Position numbers and translations under genes: made by a program. A stretch of 64,000 bases of DNA. Origin: the human T2T-CHM13v2.0 reference genome, Homo sapiens. Shown here piece by piece: positions 50,051-61,219 of the stretch (positions are counted from its first letter, which is position 1; the number at the start of each line of letters is the position of its first letter). The notes below the pieces were generated by a model. The model was not told the DNA's origin and ran no database searches. It worked only from the letters and a program-made list of their open reading frames with translations. The stretch lies in NCBI RefSeq assembly GCF_009914755.1, contig NC_060934.1; one strand, given 5' to 3'.

Positions 50051-51124
50051 TAACATTGCTTTACAAACTCTAATGGATTGTGTCCCTAATTCTTAATGTG
50101 CTTAATATGAGTTAATAGATATCCCCATGTTGTTTTGCTTTTATCTTTTTACATGTTGTAATTGCCCACAATTATTCATTGAACCCAATTAAAACTTTAT
50201 AAAAGCTTTATCACAGTAGATTTAAGAAATATAGCAATGATATATTTTTTGTAAGATTTTAAGATGTAATTATTAAATGTGATAATTGTTATATTTAATT
50301 ATTAAATGTAATTGTGTTGTGAAAATAATTTAACACCAGTCTCTGGCCATTTCTCATGATTTTTTATAGAATAAACCAGGGAAGAGTTTGTTTCTTTAGA
50401 ATCAAATAATATAAACAATTTATAACAAATGGAGTGTAAAACAATGACATTTCCCTTTAAAAAGTTTGTAGCACTCTAAATTCTTAGTTGTGGCACTTAG
50501 GAACTCCATGTTTCCCATTATCATCATCAACATATTATTTTTATTTCTTGTAACATATAGTATGTGAAAAATCATATCTCATAGTTTAAACTTTGATTAC
50601 TCCACTACATAACATTTATTCAATGTTAGGATCTCAGCTCTGATTTCTTTTCTTTCCAGAAATTTCTAGGAGCACTCAGAATGGTAATGTGCATATTCAC
50701 ATTGTTACTAAAGAAATTTCAGGTTTTACAGCCAAAAATGTCTCTCTGCCACATTGTGACATAGCTTTTTGTAGAAATTAACTCATGTGTCTTCCAATGG
50801 AGAGGTAGTTATCCCCAGATTATATACCAGTAAAGAAGCCAAAATAACAGTGCCGTTAATCAGAGTGGGAATAATTTGGTGGTCTAAAACATTATGTATG
50901 TATTTCTCTAAAATATAGCAATGGTGAATTCATTTTTTCTAGATTTCTGTCTACATACATCTCATGAACTTCTTCTTGTACGGTTCACTATAGTTTTGCT
51001 TATGATTAATTCAGGACCTGGATAAGTCCTTTGGTGCTAACACAAAATGCTCAGTGCCTGCATTTTGTGGCTCTAGCTACATATTGTAACCTCCTTGTAA
51101 GTAGTTACTCTCTAGCCTATTTTA

Positions 51125-52060
51125 TCAGTTATTATCCCAGCAGAGAGCAGATGGCAGAGTCAAATTGGATACATAAAAAGTGTCTAATGAAAAGACTATT
51201 AGCAAGGGGGTCATGGAGTTTTAGGGAAAAAAATAAGGAATGGTGCCATATCCCAGGACTAGTGACAGCAGAGACCTGCTAATGTCCCTAAACCTGAAGT
51301 GGCTTTTTTTTCCAGTTATATGAATTGGTAATTATGAAACTAATTTACATGTATTCTAGAATTGGGAAAATAAATAAATATATATTAAGAATAATAGCAA
51401 CCAGGTTGCTGATGGTTGGAGAAGGGAGTTAAACCTATGGCAAGGGGAAGACTAGAATGAATCCTAGGGTGTTAGATTAGATGTGGAGTTATCACTAGGA
51501 ATTGATTGGCCTTCCCTTAGTCTGTTTGCTGACTGAGTCTAGAAGCAGCACCACAATAGCAATGAGCAAAACTATGTCACTAAAAGGAACCAGAACTCAA
51601 TGGAGAAATGGCTCATTCCAGGCCTGGGCACTGTAAGTACAAGATAAGCCTGGAAAATTTTGTTGAGTCTCAAAATAAGGGAGTGCTCAAAGAATGGTAA
51701 GACATGGCAGAAGGACATTAGAGCCAACTTGCAGGGCCCTCAGAGGCCAAGATTGTGACAATCTGAAAAATAAATGATGATGGTAACAGAATGTAACTCC
51801 ATTGAATAAATTGGGAATGCCTGAGTCTGGACAGAAGTAAATAAAGAATAAATAAATAAATAAAGAGGGGAGAAGAAAAAAGGAGAAATGATTACCAAAG
51901 TATGAAAAAAGCCACACTACAGGAACTGTACAGTAATGCAGCTCACTGAGGCTGAACCAGAAAGGAAAAAGCTGGAAGGCAAGGAGGAATAACCTGATGT
52001 CTCTCTCTCTTCCACCCTACCAGCCTTCTGCTGGTGCCTCCCATAAACATTTACTGCCAA
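51125..52060. mobile_element. LTR33-like ERVL LTR remnant split by an L1MC3-like 3' fragment (about 51310-51900, +)
   Basis: cagcagagagcagatggcagagtcaaattgg (LTR); ggttggagaagggagtt, aaggaaccagaactc, gagaaatggctcattccagg (L1MC). Confidence 0.5.
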
Positions 52061-52089
52061 AAACAAAGGGATTCATGAAAGTCAAAGCT

Positions 52090-52562
52090 GTTTACAATTT
52101 GTTCCCAACTTATCTTTTTTCCACCACTCTCTTGCCCACCTTCATAAACTATGCTCCAATCTTATAAGAATACGTGATGTTTTTGAAGCCACTCACCTAT
52201 ATCACTGTGGCTTTACCTACCTATGCCTTTCTTTCCTTGGAGCACTCTTTCCTTACTTATTTCACACAAAATTTTGCACAAATTCTTAAAGGCCTAGGTT
52301 AAATATAACCTCACTTTTCTTCTTTCCAACCTTCACAAGACAGGTGAAATTTTACCCCCATTTTCCTTAGGCTGAGATAATCAATGAGATTTGTGCTTCA
52401 GAAACATTTATTCAAAAATTAATTAGCAATACATACCATGTAGTACTATATATGTCTTGTTTTTTTTTTCTTAAATCTACCTCCCAGCTAAACAAATTGT
52501 ATTTTTTGCATATTCTCCATAGAGAGTTCAGGCATTCTATAAATAATTGTTTGATTGAATAT
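52090..52562 (+). mobile_element. L2 3' end
   Basis: Ends caggcattctataaataattgtttgattgaat. Confidence 0.6.
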
Positions 52563-52818
52563 ACGATATCTTAAGTTATACAGAAATCTGATTTTCACAC
52601 TATTCTTTATGAAACCCCGTATTTAGTTGCAGTGTTAAAGATTCAGATTCTCAGATCACCAGGCATCCTCATCACCATCCAGCTATTTCAACCAGATCAC
52701 CAGCCCTTACATTTTACAGTCAATATTCTCTTTGAACAAAACATTCCACTGCTAAAATACTAAGACACTATAGAAAATTGTAAGGATATCTGGCATTTAT
52801 ACAACTGTCATGGAAAGT

Positions 52819-52820
<2 letters not shown>

Positions 52821-52875
<55 letters not shown>
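52821..52875. repeat. Compound (CT)n(AT)n microsatellite
   Basis: Read directly. Confidence 0.95.
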
Positions 52876-53831
52876 ATTTGATCGGATTATTATTACCTAA
52901 CATCTTATAGGAGTAATGAAAAGTCTTTTATGTCTCCCTTTTATAAATAAAGAAATAGAGAAGCAGAAGTTTCAATAACTTTCTCAAGGTCAATTATCTT
53001 GGAATGGAGACAGATGTTCATGATGGATATTACTTTCTTTGAAGATGTTTATGAAAACAAAAGAGAAAATGTGAATATAGAGGCTGATTCTCCTGGCACT
53101 GTTCTTGTGAATAAGGCAAAAATACTGAATTTAAAATTAGAATATCTATATCAGACCCTCTCATCTTCTCGCCAAGTAACCCTGAACAAATATTGCAAAC
53201 TCTGCCTGTGAAAAGGGAGGACAATCTTCTTTTGATGTGGCTTCTTTCCTTCTTCAGGTCATGATTAAATAATCATTTTCTCTACAAGGAGTGTCGTCCT
53301 TCTAGCCTGAGGGCATTACTCTGTGTCCTGAATGGGAGTGTTCTGCTTTTCCTTCAGTGACCCACTCTGGCTGGGGAAATGAATTGCTGCCAGTTTTATG
53401 CACCAAAGAAATTGTTGCTCTTCCTAGAGCTGCTGGGTTGAATTGGAGATTTGCTCACATTAACTCCTCAGTGATTGTTACTACAAGAAGTGCTTTATTT
53501 GGCAACTTTTTCTATAGCAAGCAAAGAATCTCAAGCTGGTTCCAAGAAGGAGAAGGTATAAGTGTCCACATGAAAGATGGTTTACAGAAATCTAAGAACA
53601 GAAACATTACAGGAGCAATCTGAACACTTGGAACTAGAAGGGGAATCTAGACATCTGATTGCTCCAAGTACCTCAGTGGCAAAAAGAGCCATGGGGTTTC
53701 CATTCCAGTAATTGGCCATGAATATGAACACAGTCATCACCTGTATGTCTGTTTCTTTCTATGCCAATAACTCATGTGTCTTCCACGTTTCTTGCTGAAA
53801 TCCTCAAGAAAGTCAGACCTGCTGGTCTAGT

Positions 53832-53993
53832 CATGCTTCTCAAAATGTAATGTGAATACGAATCATCTAGGAATCTCAGTAAAATGCAGACTGATTCAGG
53901 AGTTTTGGATAGAGTCTGAGATTTTGCATTTCTAACAAGCTACCTGGCCACGCCTAAAATGCTTGTCCGTATATCATAGTTTGGGTGGTAATA
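53832..53993. mobile_element. MER5A hAT MITE
   Basis: tgcttctcaaa...gaatcatctagg...aaaatgcagactgattcagg...tctgagattttgcatttctaacaagct. Confidence 0.85.
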
Positions 53994-54499
53994 GGTGTAC
54001 TAGGCCAATTTAATGGCTTGCTTGTCTTAGGTCATGTGTGTATCATTGTTCTGATTATCTAGGCCAGAGTTTGGAGATAGGTCCTTATTGTATCAAATAT
54101 AGATCTTTCCACAGAAGCTGTACACATGAATGTTCACCAGAGAAGGGATTAGAATTGGGACAACATTCTTGTTATGTTTCCTGTAGATAGCTATTTCCCA
54201 TTGAGTATTGGTTTTAGTTCAGCCTCCTTCTCTACTGGTGAGTTTCATCATTGAGGATCAAAAGAGAGTCACACATTCAGAGCTTTCCTACTCACCACAT
54301 TACCTTCTGCTTTAATTTCAAGATGGAAATAAACTCATTTTCCTATAGCCTATTTGATAGTGAGGAGACTTCTGCTCACCAGTAATTTCACTAAAAAGGT
54401 GTCTTTCTTTTAAAAGCAATAGCCTTACCAGTTGAGATGTATATACAAAAACTTCGATCTAAAATTTTTTTTCCACATATTGTGGGAAAATCTAGAAAC

Positions 54500-55015
54500 T
54501 GGAATTTTCAATATAAATTCTTCCCCACCTGTAACTGCCGTGATCATCCTAAAACACATGCCTCATCTGATGGCAATCATTGAAAATTCACCTCCTGAAT
54601 AATGACCACACTCTTCAGCTCTTCAGGGTTCTTCAGAATCTGATCGCAATTTATCTTTCTTTATCGTCTCCCATCATTCCTGCCACATTCCCTACAACTG
54701 ATTTTTGCCATTATGTAATTTAGAGAACCTTCCAAGACTCTGTAATTTTGCCCCAGCTCTCTCTGCCTAGAATGTACTTCCATATGTTTTTACAGCTCAA
54801 TTTCTGCTCGCCCATTGATAATTCCACCCACAATTAATTACATCACTATCTTGGTTCCAACAGCTCTCAGGAGATACCCTAAAATAGCACTTAGCACAGT
54901 GTCTTTGTCTATGCATTTGCCTTCTGTAAGTGATTTAAATTATTGTATTTTCATGGGAGCATACTACTAGATACATGGCACCCACTGAGTAAATATTTAT
55001 TAAATGAGTGAAGTA
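54500..55015 (+). mobile_element. L2 3' part
   Basis: ctctgcctagaatg, atagcacttagcacagt, aaatatttattaaatgagtgaa. Confidence 0.7.
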
Positions 55016-56196
55016 ATAGAAAGGAAGATTAATTTGGTTTGTAGGGGCAAATTTGGAAAGGCAATGGTTAAGGGTGTCCTAGAGAATACGAGGAAAGAAG
55101 CAAACAGTAAAGAGGAGGCAATCCAATGACCAGCCAAACATTTATACGCAGGGACTGGACTCACACAGGTATTTCTGCCATTTTTCTTGACTCTGTGCTG
55201 GGGCTGTTTACTTTCAGCAAGTTAGAATGATTTTTAAATCCTGGTTCACAACCACCAGAATATTTACTTCTTATAAATAAAACCACCCTTTTATTTTCAT
55301 CCCTCAGGATTCTGGTGCTACAAAAGCAGCTGAATTGAAAACCAACACCAAGTGGTGACTTATTGAAATGGCAGGGAAAGTAAATTGAATAGCAAATAAA
55401 GCCAATTCCTTCACCCTCCTTATCTGACTATTGTTGCTTAGAGGACAAAATATTTAATCCATCCTAGAGCTACAGAATCCAGGGGCTTTTACCACTGAAC
55501 AGCTTTATTGCAACAGGTTACATATGTTCATCTTGCCATTTAATAGTGTTTGCCTGGAAAACATTTATGTGCATGAGGTCATTTGGTTGAGCTTTATTGT
55601 CTTATTCCAGAGAAAAGAAATTTATTTTCTTTGAAGAAGTAGCTCAGTGCTTTCCTGTCTTCTCATGTCATCCCTGACTTTAAATGATTACAGTTTAAAC
55701 CATCTGACCCAGAGATTTTCAAATCTATATGCTTCCCTTTTGGACCAGAGGGCATGGCAAAAACACAGTTACTATGCTATATGCAGTCTATTATAAAGAG
55801 TGACTTACTTTAGTCAGTTTGAAAAAATGCCAGTAAACATTATTAGCTAAAAGCAGAATGCAAGGATATATATGGGTGCATGTTCTTGCCTTTCTCATCT
55901 GCCTTTATTTCTGTAGAACCATCTTCCTTCTTACAAAAAGAGAAAAAATAAACAGAAGATCAGGGAAGGGGAGAAGCACCCCAGGGGAACCACATCAGTC
56001 CAGTCTCTGTAGTTGCACTCAGATGAGGGCAAAATGGTCAACCAGGCAGCTAGTGCCAGCAAGTCTCTCCTCCTGTCTCCTCGGGAAATGCTGGCGGCCT
56101 TTTAAAGTTTTAAGTTGCAGTTACTTCGGAGGCAAGGCTTTTGAAGACTATGGAAATGCTAGATATCTGCTTAAATGGAATCCCATTGAGAGAGCC

Positions 56197-56711
56197 CGTG
56201 ATGGTTAATTTTAGATACCAACTTGCCTGGATTAAGGGAAACCTAGAGAGCTGGTAAAACATTATATCTGGGTGTGTCTGTGAGGATGTTTTTGGAGGAG
56301 ATTGGCATGTGAGTAGGTAGACTGAGGGGAGAAAATCTATCCTCAATGTGACTGAGCACCATCCAATTGGCTGGGGGCCTTGGATAGAGCAAACAGGCAG
56401 AGGAAAGGATAATTCACTCTTTCTCTCTTGAAGCTAGGACACCCTTCTTCTCCTGTCCTTGACATCAGAACTCCAAGCTTTCCAGCCTTTGGACCCTGGG
56501 ACTTGCACCAACCACCTCTGCCCCACCCCCACTCCAACCCTGCACCTGGTTCTTACTCCTTTGGCCTTGGACTGAGAGTTACACCATCAACTTCCCTGGT
56601 TCTGTCACTTTTGGACTTAGACTGAGCTATGCTACTGGCACCTCAGGGTCTCCAGCTTGCAGATAGCCTGTGTGGGACTTCTCAGTCACTATAATCATGT
56701 GAGCTAATCTC

Positions 56712-56758
<47 letters not shown>

Positions 56759-56849
56759 ATCTATCTATCTATCTATCATTTATCTATCTATTCTATCTGT
56801 CCTATTTATTCTGTTGGTTCTGTCTCTCTGGAGAAGGTTGACTAATATA
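56197..56849 (+). mobile_element. MLT2B-like ERVL solo LTR inside the MARK2 retrocopy
   Basis: gtgatggttaattttagataccaacttgcctggattaaggg ... gttggttctgtctctctggagaaggttgactaata. Confidence 0.92.
56713..56800. repeat. Compound (CT)n(CA)n(TATC)n microsatellite within MLT2
   Basis: Read directly. Confidence 0.93.
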
Positions 56850-59464
56850 GACCTTCTTGGCACCTTGCAAATTTCCATTTTCCACAGCGTGGTGTTGGTG
56901 GGTGTGCAGTGCATGCATAGGAGCATGTGCTTTTTATTTAGCTCACACTGGCAGCCATTCATGTCCAGTACCTTGATATTTTGCAGTAGGCTCCATGGAG
57001 GTTGTGAACTTCATATTCCATGTAAAGTGTAGTGAGTAAAAAATTCACTCAGTCTCATTGTTTCTTTTTTATCACTGTCTCTGCTGTTCATGATGTGGCT
57101 TGAAAATCTTTACTAGGTTTCTGCTTTCAGGTTCATTTAGGTTCCTCTGGCAACCTGAAATACAGATGTCTCCATATAAACTTGAACATTGACTTGCTGA
57201 AGAAGCTCCCAGTGGCCCCCTGCCAGCCCTGGCTATTGCCAGAAAGAAAGGCTGGGGTCTCCGCATAGGGCAAATTCTGCTGGTTGCACACCTGTCGAAG
57301 CTGCTTGGTGTGAAAAAATTTTCATTTGGATGCCAAGCAGATGGAAATGTGTTTAGTCTGGGTTTTACCACTGCTGCTGATGTTGTAGGCTGGGAAGGTG
57401 GCAACAAGGACACGCTGAAGGGGCTGCATGGAAACATCTCACAGTTACTGTTTGTAGGACCAAGCCCAGAGGCCTGGCTGGGCTTCACAAAGGGGTTCTA
57501 GTACAGGTGGGGTTAGGCCAGGCAGTCTGCAGTAGAAGCCCTGGAAGCCCCATATCCTAGCACAGTTAGGCTTTTTGCTGTCTGGATGGAGCACTGGTTA
57601 AAGGTGGCCCTCTCTAAAAGCAGGGATTTATGCTTCTAAAAGCTCTGTTTTATGCTGGTGGAAAGGCCACTATTCATGGAGAAGACAGGAGTTATACTCT
57701 TTCTCGGCAACACAGGTAAGGAGGGGCAAGCATGGGGGCCACGCTGCTGACTTTCTGTTCTGATTCCTAGATCTCCTGCAGCTGCTGATTTTCTGCACTG
57801 CTACTCTTAGTATTCTGGGAATTGGAGTGGAAATGGCAGGACTAGCATGTTTGTTGAAAATACAATTATTGGGGCTGGCAGGGACACTATGCTGTCCCTT
57901 ATCAGACAGGGAAGGAGTGCCGCTATTGGTCAGATGAGTAGAATGTTGGGGACTCAGGGTGATGGGGAAGCCCTCCAGCTTTGGTCTCTTGCATCCCAGG
58001 AGCAGACAGGTGGCTGTCACCTTATTGTACTTCTGGCCCATCAGTAAGTCCTTAATTTCTTCCAGTTATACTCCAATGACACTGTCAACTCAGTCCTCTG
58101 AAAGTCCTTGTGGTTAGGGAATGGATTACATAAGCCCTTCATCCTTTTGGCCCACATTCATCCATAGCTCTTTCATAGTGTACTACAAAATGCCCTTTTC
58201 AGTGAGACCGAGAATGAAAAATTTCTTGATTAGCTTTTTTTTTCACACTCTGTGGACAAATAGAAGAGAATATGGTATATTCTACCCAGTACCTGCTCCC
58301 ATGATTCCTTGAACTTCTGTGCATCAAAAGGCAGGACTCAGATTAATAATACATATAGGATGACTCCCAATCTTCACAACTCTTATTCAAGTCCATCATA
58401 AGTTTTGCCCTGGAAGAGTTCTGGGCCAAACTCCCAGAGGGCTGCCACAGATGGTATTTAGCTTGTTACCGAAGATGAAATCATTGCCGAAGCCCAAATC
58501 TGTCAAACTTGATGTTCATGTCAGCCTCTAAGAGCAGAGTTTCTGCCTTTAGGTCTTTATGAACAATCCACTTTTAGTCACAGTACTGCACAGCAGATCG
58601 TAACTAGCAGAATTGGACTCCATATTCTCCTCCTTTTATACTGTCACAAACCACTAGGTAATCAAACATCTCTCTTCCACTGGTGTACTCCATGGCAACA
58701 CAGAGTGTTTATTCAGTCTTGGGCAGCTCAAATAATTTAATTACATTGGGATGATTCAAAGCCTTCATGGTTCCCACTTCATGGGATACTTCGTAGAGGC
58801 TGAAAGTCATGGATCCCTCTTTTCCAGTCAGGATGTGCTGGGCCAACTTCACCTTGGACAAGTTCCCCTTGGTGATGATCATAAGGAGTGATAGTTGTCA
58901 ATATAGTATCTTCCTCAGCAGAGATGGCCAAGAAGCCCTGCAATATGCTAGGCTAGCTACTAGGCTTGTGGTCAAGGTGACCCAGGATAGGCTTAAAATT
59001 AGGGAAAGTTGATGAGAAATTGGGTCCAAATTATCCAAAATGAAAATTATTCCTAGGCTACCAAACTGATCTTTCTGCTGAAGTCAAAACACAATTCCAG
59101 ACAAAATTCAAATTAAAAAACTAGTTAAATTAAAATGGAAAAGCAGAAGAAAGAAAGAACAAAGAAAAAGAAAAAAATGGAAAAATAACAGAGTAAAGAA
59201 AAAAAGTAAAATAAAACATGAAAATCTTACCATGCCAGTGGGATTTATTTGAAGGAGACAAGTTAACTTTGGTGGTAGCTTTTCAGATCACTGGAGACCA
59301 GCTTCTTGAACTAGAAAGACTGCAAACCCAGATAGCAAATAACTTCATGTGGCCCAGCTATAGAGTAAATAGGGGCACAGAATTGCAAAACAAGGACTCC
59401 TTTTGAGGTCATACCAAGACATTTACCTATGAAGCCTGGAGATGATCAACAGTGGTTTTCTCAC

Positions 59465-59870
59465 TTTTAAAAATAGCTTCAATGAGATATAATTCACATG
59501 CAATATAATTCATATGCTTACAGTGTATAATGCAATCATTTTTATTATGTTTACAAATATGTGAACCCATCACCAGTCAAGTTTACATTTTTATCACCTC
59601 AAACAACAAATTCAGACTCATAGGTATCATCTCCCTACCATTCCCACCACATCTCTACATCACATCCCCAGTCCTAAACTACAATTAATCTACTTTTTGT
59701 TTCTGTAAATTAAACTGACCTGTGCATATCATATGAATGAAATAATATATTATGTGGTTTCTTGTGTCTGGCTTCTTTCATTTATTTTTCGAGGTTTATT
59801 CATGTTGTAGCATGTACCAGCACTTAATTGATTTTATGAATGAATAATATTTCACTGCATGGATATACTA
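59465..59870 (-). mobile_element. L1MB-like 3' end, antisense
   Basis: aatagcttcaatgagatataattcacatgc...catgttgtagcatgtaccagcac...gaataatatttcactgcatggatatac. Confidence 0.8.
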
Positions 59871-59871
59871 C

Positions 59872-60945
59872 TTTTTAAAAATCTCAATAGCTTTAGAAGT
59901 ACAAGTGGTTTTTGGTTATCTGAATGAATCATATAATTGTGAATTCTGGGCTTTTCGTGTAGCCATCACCCAAAGAGTGTACATTGTACCCAACAGGTAA
60001 TTTTTCATCCCTCAGCCCCCCTTCCACTCTCCCTGCATCTGAATTCCCAATGTCCATTTTGCCACTCTGTATGCCCCTGTATGCCCATAGCTTAGCTCCC
60101 AAATATAAGTGAGAACATGCAGTATTTGGTTTTCCATTTCTGAGTTACTTTACTTAGGATAATGGCCTCCGGTTCCATCCAAGTTACTGAAAAATACATT
60201 ATTTTGTTCTTTTTAATGGCTGCATAGTATTCCGTGGTATATGTATACACACACATCACATCACATTTTCTTTATTCACTTATTGGTTGATGGGCACTCA
60301 GGCTCATTCCACACCTTTGCCATTGTGAATTGCGCTGCAATAAATATATGAGTGCAGGTGTCTCTTTGATGTAATGACTTCTATTTCTTTGACAAGATAC
60401 CGAGTAGTGGGATAACTGGATTAAATAGCAGGCCTACTTTTAGTTCTTTGAGAAATCTCCATATTGTTTTCCATAGAGGTTGTAGTAATTTACATTCCCA
60501 CCAACAGCATATAAGCGTTCACTTCTCACAGCATCTGCAGCAAGATCTATGGTTTTTTGACTTTTTAATAATGGCCATTCTCACTGGGGTATTCCATGGT
60601 ACATGTATGGCTTTAATTTGCATTTCCCTGATGATTAGTGAGGTTAACAATTTTTTTCATGTGTTTGTGAGCCATATCTTTTGAAAAATGTCTGTTCATG
60701 TTGTTTGCCCACTTTTTCATGGGGTTATTTGCTTTTTCCTTGCTGATTTGAGTTCCTTGTATATTCTGGATACTAGTTGTTTGTCAAATGCATAGTTTGC
60801 AAATATTTTCTCCCATTCTGTGGGTTGTCTGTTTACTCTTTTGATTATTTCTTTTGCTGTGCAGCAGCTTTTTAGTTTAATTAGGTCCCATTTATTTATT
60901 TTTAGTTTTGTTGCATTTGCTTTTGGGGTCTTAGTCATAAATCCT
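59872..60945 (-). mobile_element. L1PB 3' segment, antisense
   Basis: tcaatagctttagaagtacaagtggtttttggtta is an L1PB 3' end; [27 protein letters not shown]. Confidence 0.9.
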
Positions 60946-61219
60946 TATGATCTTATACATAAAAAACCCTAGCAACTCCTCTAAAAGACTCCTAGATTGG
61001 ATAAATGAATTCAGAAAAATGTCAGGTTACCAAATCAATGTATGCAAATCAGTAGCACTGCTATACATCAATAATGAGCAAGCTGAGAATCAAATTAAGA
61101 ACTCAGTCCCATTTACAATAGCAGGAAAAAAGAAAAAAAAAATACACCTAGAAATATACTTAACCAAGGAAGTGAAAGATCTCTACAAGGATAATTCAAA
61201 ACACTGATGAGTAGACTGA
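60946..61219 (+). mobile_element. L1 ORF2 RT-region fragment in the opposite orientation (inverted segment)
   Basis: ORF MILYIKNP...GYQINVCKSVALLY...LTKEVKDLYKDN abuts the antisense L1PB. Confidence 0.85.

Larger units (their letters stand above)
55910..58991 (-). pseudogene. MARK2P: Processed pseudogene of MARK2 (Par-1b Ser/Thr kinase): kinase, UBA, spacer and KA1 domains plus start of 3'UTR; interrupted by MLT2; specific MARK2P number not assigned
   Basis: Manual minus-strand translation: [104 protein letters not shown]-track peptides: [53 protein letters not shown]. All colinear with MARK2 as recalled, no introns, many stops and frameshifts; stop-equivalent near 56102-56104. Confidence 0.93.

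Noticed and set aside
57000-59000. ERVL internal sequence next to the MLT2 LTR
   Set aside because: Minus-strand translation gives MARK kinase motifs, and the homology continues across the LTR
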